Position numbers and translations under genes: made by a program. Below, piece after piece: positions 7,961-15,133 of a stretch of DNA of 32,000 nt; position 1 is the stretch's first letter, and the number at the start of each line of letters is the position of its first letter. The stretch covers positions 85,778 to 117,777 of the forward strand of contig JADJRB010000010.1 of the NCBI GenBank assembly GCA_016712445.1, in the 5' to 3' direction. The notes beneath the pieces are model-generated. The model ran no database searches, had not been told where the DNA came from, and saw only the letters and a program-made list of their open reading frames with translations. The stretch is from Acidobacteriota bacterium. Its GTDB lineage: Bacteria; Pseudomonadota; Alphaproteobacteria; Caulobacterales; Hyphomonadaceae.

Positions 7961-9211
7961 ATGAAAGCCGATTCACGTCCGCCCCGCTCGCTGGCCGCCA
8001 TGCGACTTGCCGCCGGCAGCCTGCTGATCGCCATGAGCGCGCTATATGTCGCCGCCGTGCTGAACACGGGCGCGGCCTGGGGCTATGCCAAGGCCTTCGC
8101 CGAGGCTGCCATGGTCGGCGGCCTCGCCGACTGGTTCGCCGTCACCGCCCTCTTCCGCCGGCCGCTCGGACTGCCGATCCCGCACACGGCGATCATTCCC
8201 CGCAGCAAGGCACGCATCGCAACCGCGCTCGGGGATTTCGTTGCCGTCAACTTCCTCGCACCAGACGTCGTGCGCGAACGCCTCGGCCAGCAGGACCTCG
8301 CCGGCTCCCTCGCCCGCCAGATCAGCGATCCCCAGACCGCGCGCCGCATCGCAGACGGCCTGTTCGACGCCCTGCCGGGCCTCGTCGACCTGCTCGACGA
8401 CGACGCCGTGAGCGACTTCCTGCACCGGCAGATGTCGGAACTGAGCCGGGGCGGACGCCTGCCCTCGGCCATCGGCTCAGGCCTGCGCCTGCTCACCGAT
8501 CAGGGTCGCCACCAGCCGGTGCTGGATGCCGCCCTGTCGGAAGCGTGGCATGCACTGGCGGAAAACGAGCCAGTCATCCGCGCAAGTGTCAGCGCGCGCA
8601 CCAACTGGTTCCTGCGGCTCGTATCGGTCGACGCGAGCACCTCGAATGCCATGATTGGCGCCATCGAAGACTCGCTGCGCGCAATGGCGCATAATCCTGA
8701 CCATCCGGCCCGCCAGCGGGTGACCGCGCTGTTGCAGCGGTTCTCGGACGATCTGCAGAAATCGCCCGCCCTTCAGGCGCAGGTGGAACAGGTTCTCGCC
8801 GAGGCGCTCGCCCATCCCGCCATCGGAACGTGGCTCGACGCGATCTGGGAAAGCCTGAAATCCGCCGTGCGCGACAGCGCCGCCGACTCCAATTCCGAAG
8901 CGCGTCAGGGGCTCGCCGACACGGTCGCCCACTTCGGCGAATCGCTCAGCACCGATCCGGCGGCGCAGGAGGCCATCAACAGCCGCCTGCGTGTCCTGCT
9001 TGCAGAGCTGGCCGGCCGGCATGGCAGCGACATCGCGCGCCTGATCTCCGACACCATCCAGGGCTGGGACTCGCGCACCGTCGTCGAAAAGCTCGAACAG
9101 AATGTCGGCCCGGACCTGCAGTTCATCCGCATCAACGGCACGCTGATCGGCGGACTCATCGGGCTTACGATCCATCAGCTGACGCTCTGGCTCGCCCCGC
9201 ACGGCGGGTGA
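7961..9211 (+). CDS. DUF445 family membrane-associated protein
   Basis: The N-terminal motif AMVGGLADWFAVTALFRRPLGLPIPHTAIIPRSKARIA and the C-terminal INGTLIGGLIGLTIH are typical of DUF445 (YjiN-like). GGAGG lies 7 nt before ATG 7961, so I prefer that over the track start at 7916. Confidence 0.7.
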   Translation: MKADSRPPRSLAAMRLAAGSLLIAMSALYVAAVLNTGAAWGYAKAFAEAAMVGGLADWFAVTALFRRPLGLPIPHTAIIPRSKARIATALGDFVAVNFLAPDVVRERLGQQDLAGSLARQISDPQTARRIADGLFDALPGLVDLLDDDAVSDFLHRQMSELSRGGRLPSAIGSGLRLLTDQGRHQPVLDAALSEAWHALAENEPVIRASVSARTNWFLRLVSVDASTSNAMIGAIEDSLRAMAHNPDHPARQRVTALLQRFSDDLQKSPALQAQVEQVLAEALAHPAIGTWLDAIWESLKSAVRDSAADSNSEARQGLADTVAHFGESLSTDPAAQEAINSRLRVLLAELAGRHGSDIARLISDTIQGWDSRTVVEKLEQNVGPDLQFIRINGTLIGGLIGLTIHQLTLWLAPHGG

Positions 9212-9352
9212 TCGGAGGCAGGCGCCGCACGTGATTTTCCACCCCAAGATTACAGTTTGGCAATGAGAATGGGGTTTTCGCCGGTGGCGTTAAGTGGCAC
9301 TAGTCGGCAACGAAAAAATGCGCGCCCGAAGATGGTTCAGGAGTAGAGTGCC

Positions 9353-11245
9353 GTGACCCCCAGAGACGCCGCCCGGCGCGCAATGGCGCTCACGCTTTCG
9401 TTCGACCTGGCGATGGCCGGTCTGGCGATGACACTCGCGCATCTGATCATGCTGTTTTCGGATCCGGAGTTGCCGGTCTTTCCCGTCCGCGCCTGGATTC
9501 TTGCCAGCTCCACTTTCATGCTCGCGGCGGCCTGCGGGCTCATCGTGGGCGGCGTGCACCGCCAGGTCTGGCGCCATATCGGCGCGCCGGATGCGATCCG
9601 TCTCATTCAGGGCATCGCGCTCGCGGTCTTCCTTTACTTGCCGGTCATGGTCGCCCTGAATGGCCGCCTGATCGACCCCCTGCCCGTGCTGTTGCTGACC
9701 ACGGCGATCTGGACTGCGGCGGCGTTCGCGGGCCGCATGGTCGCCCGCTATCGCACTACCAATGCGCCCTTCGAAATCTTCCAGCGTCTGCCGCGCGACA
9801 GCCAGCCGGTGCTGCTGGTCGGCAATCCGGACAGCTGGGTGCACGTCCTGCGCCGGCTCGAAACATCGCCGACCGGCGCTACGGTGCGCGTCCTCGGCCT
9901 GATCGAAGTGGACGACAAGGAACCAGGCCGCGCCGTGCGCGGCCTGCCGATCATGGGCAGCCTCGTGAACCTCCACGAGGTGATCGACGTGCTCGCGCTG
10001 CGCTATGGCAGCGCGCCCTGGGTCGCCGTCACCGGTCCGGCCCGCGAACGCGAGACGATGAACCGCATTCTCGAGATCGCCTCCAGCCACGGCGCCAAGA
10101 TCATGGCGCTCGGCCATGACGAGACCGCGCAGACGCTCGAACCCGTTCGCCCCGCCGACCTCCTTGCACGCCCCGAGCGCACGCTGGATCTCGCGCCCGT
10201 GCGCGACCTGATCGCGGGCACCAACGTGCTGATCACCGGCGGCGGCGGCTCCATCGGCTCCGAACTTGCCCGGCAGGTTGCGCGCCAGTCGCCGGCCTCC
10301 CTGTCGATCCTCGATTCCTCCGAACTGAACCTCTACCAGATCGACCACGAGCTGCGTGAACGCCACCCCGACCTTCGCCTCGCCTGCCATCTGGGCGATG
10401 TGCGCGATGCCGGCCGCGTCGCCGGCGTCTTCGCCGAAGCGCAGCCCGGCCTCGTCATCCACGCGGCAGCCCTGAAACATGTGCCGCTGATGGAAGAGAA
10501 CATCTGCGAAGCGATCCTGACGAATGTCAGCGGCGCCGTGAATGTCGCTCGCGCCGCCGCCACGTCCGGCGCCCGCCGGTTCGTGTTCATCTCCACCGAC
10601 AAGGCCGTGCTGCCCGACAACGTCATGGGCGCCACCAAGCGCCTCGCCGAACTCGCCTCCGAACGCATCATCAACGAAGCCGGCATGTCCGGCGCCATGG
10701 TCCGGTTCGGCAACGTGCTCGGCTCATCCGGTTCGGTTGTGCCGCTGTTCGAACGCCAGATCGCCGCCGGCGGCCCGGTCACGCTCACCGACCCGGAAGC
10801 CACGCGCTATTTCATGACCATCGAGGAAGCGACCGCCCTCGTCCTGCAGGCCGCCGCCCTGCAGCGGGAAGACCGGCGCGCGGAACTCTTCGTGCTCGAC
10901 ATGGGCGAGCCCATCGCCATCCGCCAGCTCGCCGAAACCATGATCCGCCTGAAGGGCAAGGTGCCCGACGCCGACATCCAGATCCTCACCACCGGCATGC
11001 GCCGCGGCGAGAAGATGCACGAGGCACTGACCTATGCCCACGAGGCGCTGGAGCCGACGCCGGTCGACGGCGTCAACCGCGTCACCAGCGCCGCCGCGGC
11101 CAGCGAGCTGCTCGACAAGCAATTGACCGTGCTGATCGAGGCTGCCCGCCGGCAGGACGCGTCCGAAGCGCTGCGCCTGCTCGGCGCGCTGGTGCCGGAA
11201 TACGGCGCCGAACGCGGCCCGGACGCGCAGCGCCTCCCGGCCTGA
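9353..11245 (+). CDS. Polysaccharide biosynthesis protein, CapD/PglF-like membrane-anchored NDP-sugar 4,6-dehydratase
   Basis: The N-terminal third is hydrophobic. It is followed by the Rossmann motif VLITGGGGSIGSEL, then STDKAV, MGATKRLAE and FGNVLGSSGSVVPLF, as in the CapD/WbpM/PglF family. The start codon is GTG. Confidence 0.8.
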   Translation: MTPRDAARRAMALTLSFDLAMAGLAMTLAHLIMLFSDPELPVFPVRAWILASSTFMLAAACGLIVGGVHRQVWRHIGAPDAIRLIQGIALAVFLYLPVMVALNGRLIDPLPVLLLTTAIWTAAAFAGRMVARYRTTNAPFEIFQRLPRDSQPVLLVGNPDSWVHVLRRLETSPTGATVRVLGLIEVDDKEPGRAVRGLPIMGSLVNLHEVIDVLALRYGSAPWVAVTGPARERETMNRILEIASSHGAKIMALGHDETAQTLEPVRPADLLARPERTLDLAPVRDLIAGTNVLITGGGGSIGSELARQVARQSPASLSILDSSELNLYQIDHELRERHPDLRLACHLGDVRDAGRVAGVFAEAQPGLVIHAAALKHVPLMEENICEAILTNVSGAVNVARAAATSGARRFVFISTDKAVLPDNVMGATKRLAELASERIINEAGMSGAMVRFGNVLGSSGSVVPLFERQIAAGGPVTLTDPEATRYFMTIEEATALVLQAAALQREDRRAELFVLDMGEPIAIRQLAETMIRLKGKVPDADIQILTTGMRRGEKMHEALTYAHEALEPTPVDGVNRVTSAAAASELLDKQLTVLIEAARRQDASEALRLLGALVPEYGAERGPDAQRLPA

Positions 11246-11248
11246 GGC

Positions 11249-11965
11249 TCAGGCCACCACGATCGGCGAAAACGACCCGAAGATCATCCGGCCCATGTCG
11301 GCGCCGACCGTCGCCGGATTGTATTTCTCCATCCGCGGGTCGCCCATCACGGTCTCCCAGGCTTTCTTCTGCACTTCCGCGTTCGGCCAGTTGATCCATG
11401 AAAAGACCACCGTCTCGCCGGGCTTTTCGAGAATTGCCGTGTGGAACGAGTTCACCTTGCCCTGCGGCACATCATCCGCCCACGCATCAACCACCGACGT
11501 TGCGCCGTGCTCGAGGAACAGCTCCGCCATCTGCTTCGAGGCCGCGATATAATCCGCCCGCTTGTCCGCCGGCACCGGCAGCACCATCCCGTCGATGATG
11601 CCGGGCGTCGCCAGCGCATCGCCCAGCACAACATCAAATCCGCCCACAATCATCCGCATCCCGTCGAAGGGCATCCCACCGTCCATCTTCATGTCGGGGT
11701 CTTCCATCATCTTCTTGTTGCCGGCATCGCGCGTCGCGCGGTCAGGCCAGACGATCCATGAAAAGACCACCGACTCGTCGTCCTTCTTCATCACCGCCGA
11801 ATTGAAGCAATTGGTCTTGCCCTTCGGCACCTCGACGCCCCAATTCTCCACGAACCCGATCGCGCCATGCTTCTGGAAAAAAGGCAGCGCATCGGCCGCC
11901 ATCTTGCGGTAGGCCTCCTTGTTGGCGTTGGGGACCGGCAGGATAAATCCATCGATATACGGCAT
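11249..11965 (-). CDS. Tandem double DUF1428 protein
   Basis: There are two homologous halves of about 120 aa: MPYIDGFILPVPNANKEAYRKMA...ESVVFSWIVWPDRATRD and IIDGMVLPVPADKRADYIAASK...ETVVFSWINWPNAEVQK. An identical 20-mer recurs exactly 360 nt apart (11393-11412 and 11753-11772). An SD (GGGAG) precedes ATG 11965. Confidence 0.7.
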   Translation of the reverse strand: MPYIDGFILPVPNANKEAYRKMAADALPFFQKHGAIGFVENWGVEVPKGKTNCFNSAVMKKDDESVVFSWIVWPDRATRDAGNKKMMEDPDMKMDGGMPFDGMRMIVGGFDVVLGDALATPGIIDGMVLPVPADKRADYIAASKQMAELFLEHGATSVVDAWADDVPQGKVNSFHTAILEKPGETVVFSWINWPNAEVQKKAWETVMGDPRMEKYNPATVGADMGRMIFGSFSPIVVA

Positions 11966-11969
11966 GTCT

Positions 11970-12470
11970 TCAGCTCCCTGACATTTGTGCCATGGCCGCG
12001 TCGCGCGCAGCCGCCATTTCATCGGCCGATTTCGGCGGCCAGACCGGCGTCGCCACGGACCACAAGTGCCCGAACGGATCCTTCACGACGCCGTAGCGGT
12101 CGCCCCAGAACTGGTCGGCCACCGGCATCACGACCTCGGCGCCTGCCTTCACAGCCTGCGCCACCACCGCGTCCACATCATCGACCATCAGGTGCAGCGT
12201 CACCGGGGAGCCGCCCAGCGACAGCGGCGAGACCCCGCCCATCTCCGGATACTCGTCGTTCAGCATCACCATCGCCCCGTTCAGGCGCACCGAGGCATGC
12301 ATCAGCCGCCCGTCCGGCCCCGGCAGGCGCATCATCTCCTCGGCGCCGAAAGCCGTCACGTAAAAATCGATTGCCTTGCTGCAATCCCTGCAGGTGAGGT
12401 GCGGCATCAGCAATGCCACGCCCATTTCCGCTGCAATGTCCGCCACCGGCGGCCGCTTGTCCTTGCCCAT
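11970..12470 (-). CDS. VOC (glyoxalase/bleomycin-resistance fold) family protein
   Basis: The sequence LMPHLTCRDCSKAIDFYVTAFGAEEMMRLPGPDGRLMHASVRLNGAMVMLNDE...VADQFWGDRYGVVKDPFGHLWSV is the PhnB/glyoxalase-like pattern. AAGGAG lies 6 nt before ATG 12470; the track starts one codon earlier at GTG 12473. Confidence 0.7.
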   Translation of the reverse strand: MGKDKRPPVADIAAEMGVALLMPHLTCRDCSKAIDFYVTAFGAEEMMRLPGPDGRLMHASVRLNGAMVMLNDEYPEMGGVSPLSLGGSPVTLHLMVDDVDAVVAQAVKAGAEVVMPVADQFWGDRYGVVKDPFGHLWSVATPVWPPKSADEMAAARDAAMAQMSGS

Positions 12471-12489
12471 CACCTGCTCCTTTTCCAGT

Positions 12490-12699
12490 TCATCCGTTTA
12501 CGGACCGGTAGTGCGCCACCAGCGCATTCGCGTGCCCATGCCCCAGTCCGTGCTCCGCCTTCAGCGCCGAGACGATCTCCATATGCTTGCGCCCGTCCAT
12601 GCCCTTGATGACATTCATCCAGTGGCTGACCGGCTTGCCATAGGTCTTCTCGATCGACGGGAAATATGACGCCGGCCCCTTCACCTTGTCCGCGCTCAT
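12490..12699 (-). CDS. DUF4287 domain protein
   Basis: 69 aa: MSADKVKGPASYFPSIEKTYGKPVSHWMNVIKGMDGRKHMEIVSALKAEHGLGHGHANALVAHYRSVNG. This matches my recollection of the DUF4287 signature. Its ATG overlaps the upstream stop (ATGA). Confidence 0.65.
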   Translation of the reverse strand: MSADKVKGPASYFPSIEKTYGKPVSHWMNVIKGMDGRKHMEIVSALKAEHGLGHGHANALVAHYRSVNG

Positions 12700-13181
12700 G
12701 ACACCGCCGCCTTGTCCTCGAACGCAGCCCGGATTGCCGCAAGATCGATCTTGCGCATCTGCAGCATCGCCGCGCGCGCCCGCCCCGCGGCCGCCTGGTC
12801 AGGATCGGCAAACATCCGCACCATCGGCTCCGGCACGATCTGCCAGGACACGCCATAACGGTCCGCCAGCCAGCCGCACATGCTCTCTTCGCCGCCGCCG
12901 TCCAGCAGCGCGCTCCACAGCCTGTCCGTCTCCGCCTGGTCCTTCGTCAGCACACTGATCGAGGCCGCCGGCGTCAGCTTGTAGTGCGGCCCGGCCGTCA
13001 GGTGCATCATCGGTGCGCCCGCCAGCGTGTATTCAACTACCATCGGGTCAGCGGCATTGCCATGGTCCATGATCCCGTCAATCCGGCTGTCCGGCAGCAG
13101 CGACACGTAATACTTTGCCGCCTCGACGCCGCCCTTGTCGAACCACAGGCAGGTGCGCACCTTCTTCTCAAGCAATCCCAT
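12696..13181 (-). CDS. VOC-fold protein of the 3-demethylubiquinone-9 3-methyltransferase-domain (PhnB-like) type
   Basis: 161 aa from MGLLEKKVRTCLWFDKGGVEAAKYYVSLLPDSRI...CGWLADRYGVSWQIVP, which is typical of that domain. An SD (GAGGAGA) precedes ATG 13181. Confidence 0.7.
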   Translation of the reverse strand: MGLLEKKVRTCLWFDKGGVEAAKYYVSLLPDSRIDGIMDHGNAADPMVVEYTLAGAPMMHLTAGPHYKLTPAASISVLTKDQAETDRLWSALLDGGGEESMCGWLADRYGVSWQIVPEPMVRMFADPDQAAAGRARAAMLQMRKIDLAAIRAAFEDKAAVS

Positions 13182-13191
13182 ACCGGTCTCC

Positions 13192-13854
13192 TCAGGTCGC
13201 CGCGGCCTGCGCGGCCTCAAACGCTTCAAAATGCTTCAGCTGCGCCGCCAGCGCTTTCCTGAACGCAGGCCGTCCAGTGCAACGGACACAGTAAGCCTCA
13301 AGTTCCGGAAAAGCCGCAAGATGCGGCGAGCCCGCAATCTCGCGCAGCACGCACGCCATCATCAGGTCGCCGGCGGAAAATTCGCCCTCCAGATAATCCT
13401 TCGAGCCCAGCCAGTCCGACAGGCGCTGCAGGCGCATCCGCAGGATCTCCGCCGCCTTCGCGCCGAAGCCTTTCGCCCAGGGCTCGGCCGCCCAGAATAT
13501 TTCGGCACTGCGCACATTCATCACGAACGGCTCGACCGAATTCATCGCCGCAAACACCCAGCTCGCCGTGCGCGCCCGCGCGGCCTCACCGGCCGGCATC
13601 AGTGCTTTTGAACGCTCCGCAATCCGCAGCACGATCGCGCCGGATTCGAACATGTCGACCGGCCCGTCGCGATAGGCGGGCACCTGCGCAAACGGCTGAC
13701 GGCGCAGGTGCGCCGGCGCGACCTTCTGGTCATGATCGATGATGTTTTCCGAATAGGCGAGCCCCGCTTCTTCCAGCGCCCAGCGCACGCGCAAGTCGCG
13801 CACGAAGCCCTGCGCGAAATCCGGAACCCAGTTGAATGCCGTCACCTCTGGCAT
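13192..13854 (-). CDS. Glutathione S-transferase
   Basis: The N-terminus has a thioredoxin-like GST segment (QPFAQVPAYRDGPVDMFESGAIVLRIAE). The C-terminus has the helical domain (LSDWLGSKDYLEGEFSAGDLMMACVL). An SD (GGAAGAGG) precedes ATG 13854. This is the first gene of the minus-strand operon. Confidence 0.85.
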   Translation of the reverse strand: MPEVTAFNWVPDFAQGFVRDLRVRWALEEAGLAYSENIIDHDQKVAPAHLRRQPFAQVPAYRDGPVDMFESGAIVLRIAERSKALMPAGEAARARTASWVFAAMNSVEPFVMNVRSAEIFWAAEPWAKGFGAKAAEILRMRLQRLSDWLGSKDYLEGEFSAGDLMMACVLREIAGSPHLAAFPELEAYCVRCTGRPAFRKALAAQLKHFEAFEAAQAAAT

Positions 13855-13895
13855 GGCGCTTACCTCTTCCCTTCAAACGTTGCCTGCCTGTTCTC

Positions 13896-13919
13896 GTTGA
13901 CAGATATGTTGATGTCAAC
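13896..13919. promoter_or_regulatory. Inverted repeat GTTGACA-N10-TGTCAAC in the GST/marR divergent intergenic region (candidate MarR operator)
   Basis: The arms are a perfect 7 bp (13896-13902 and 13913-13919). Each arm reads TTGACA, the -35 consensus, in the outward direction of one of the two divergent genes. Confidence 0.45.
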
Positions 13920-13932
13920 CTACTTATCGGTC

Positions 13933-14379
13933 ATGCGATCTGATTTGCCGCTCAGCGTCACGCACGAAGTCTACACGCGCTGCCTTTGCCTCAGCGTGCA
14001 CCGCGCCGCGCGCGCCCTCGCCCGCAGGTTCGACGCGGCGCTTGCCCCGTTCGGCATCAGCCACGGGCAGTATTCCCTGCTGATGTCGCTCAACCGGCCG
14101 GACGCGCCGCGCCTTGGCGAGGCGGCGTCCTTCCTGGCGATGGACCGCACGACGCTGACGGCCAACCTGAAGCCGCTCGAAAAGCGCGGCCTCGTGCGGA
14201 TCGTGCCGGATGAAGATGACCGCCGCTCGCGCCGCCTCCATCTCACCGATGCCGGGCGCGATCTCCTGAAACTGGCCGTGCCGGTCTGGCGCGCCACGCA
14301 TGATGAAGTCGACACGCACCTGCCCGCCGGCAGCAAATCCCTGCGCCCCAGCCTCACGCGCATCGCTGCGGCTTACTGA
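13933..14379 (+). CDS. MarR family transcriptional regulator
   Basis: The winged-helix pattern is LSVHRAARALARRFDAALAPFGISHGQYSLLMSLNRPDAPRLGEAASFLAMDRTTLTANLKPLEKRGLVRIVPDEDDRRSRRLHLTDAGRDLL. I chose ATG 13933 because it gives the usual 148 aa and leaves the palindrome intergenic. ATG 13906 and 13912 are alternatives. The track start 13708 overlaps the GST gene. Confidence 0.8.
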   Translation: MRSDLPLSVTHEVYTRCLCLSVHRAARALARRFDAALAPFGISHGQYSLLMSLNRPDAPRLGEAASFLAMDRTTLTANLKPLEKRGLVRIVPDEDDRRSRRLHLTDAGRDLLKLAVPVWRATHDEVDTHLPAGSKSLRPSLTRIAAAY

Positions 14380-14515
14380 GCCCTGTGCGCTAGGCGCACT
14401 TACGCAACGGTTTTGCCCCCTGCGGAAAACAAAATAACAAGCCGCACCAAGCGCTTGTAAAATAGTTCGCCAAAACTTACGCCGCCCCTCCGCGCACGGA
14501 GTTATACTCCGTCGC

Positions 14516-14902
14516 ATGTACTCCATCGCCCGCCTCCGTCAGCACCCGCACTTCGCGCCCTTCTTCGCGCATGTGCATCCGTTGTGCTGGCTGATCCTCT
14601 GGTGGGAGCTCAACCGCCTGCTCCGCTGGTTCAACGCCTACGGAATCGGGAACGCGCTCTACTCGGTCAACGAATGGGGCTTCGTCTCCATCCACTATGC
14701 CGTCCCCCAGCCAGACCCGAACGCCTACAACCCCCCACAGCGAACCTTCCGTCCCCTGACGGACCCCGCATGGGAGTCATCCCTTCCGGCTTGCCTGGAC
14801 ATTGAAACGTTGGCTGCCGCCATCCTCCCGCGTTTCGCGGGGAAGGTGTCACCGCAGGTGACGGAGGGGGCTGCAGCCCTCACCCTCCTCGACACTTCCT
14901 AG
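14516..14902 (+). CDS. Hypothetical protein (Trp-rich orphan), no family recognised
   Basis: GC3 bias is very strong through the first ~95 codons (MYSIARLRQHPHFAPFFAHVHPLCWLILWWELNRLLRWFNAYGIGNALYSVNEWGFVSIHY...). The last ~30 codons run into repeat-like sequence, so the true C-terminus is uncertain. Confidence 0.45.
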   Translation: MYSIARLRQHPHFAPFFAHVHPLCWLILWWELNRLLRWFNAYGIGNALYSVNEWGFVSIHYAVPQPDPNAYNPPQRTFRPLTDPAWESSLPACLDIETLAAAILPRFAGKVSPQVTEGAAALTLLDTS

Positions 14903-14984
14903 GCTTTCCCCACATCGCGAAGCTCATCCTGAGCGAAGTCGAAGGATAGAGCGGGCTCACCGCCCACCCCAGCACCCCACCCGT

Positions 14985-15056
14985 GTCATCCCGGCGAACG
15001 CCGGGACCCAGTCCTCGCCCAAGCCCTCGCTGGATCCCGGCTTTCGCCGGGAAGAC
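14985..15056. repeat. Pair of REP-like hairpin repeats in inverted orientation
   Basis: Copy 1 is GTCATCCCGGCGAACGCCGGGACCCAG (14985-15011). The reverse complement of copy 2 (15030-15056) is GTCTTCCCGGCGAAAGCCGGGATCCAG. Each copy contains a CCCGGCG/CGCCGGG hairpin. A related-looking unit, TCATCCTGAGCGAAGTCGAAGGAT, sits at 14924-14947. Confidence 0.5.
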
Positions 15057-15133
15057 ACGGAAAATGAAAGCTACAACTTTGCACCGGCCGGCTCACCCCC
15101 GCGTCCGGCCGCACGTGCTTGTCCGCGCAAGCC

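Noticed and set aside
7945-8694. 249-aa Arg/Pro-rich plus-strand ORF overlapping the DUF445 gene in another frame
   Set aside because: It is a frame-shadow of the DUF445 coding frame. The extreme Arg/Pro/Ala content is typical of an off-frame read in GC-rich DNA.
9290-10480. 396-aa minus-strand ORF antisense to the CapD-like gene
   Set aside because: The composition (Arg/Gly/Ala/Asp-rich) is typical of a shadow frame. The plus strand carries Rossmann and dehydratase motifs.
14389-14403. GTGCGC-tag-GCGCAC hairpin after marR as its terminator
   Set aside because: The stem is only 6 bp and no U-tract is adjacent. This is too weak to call.
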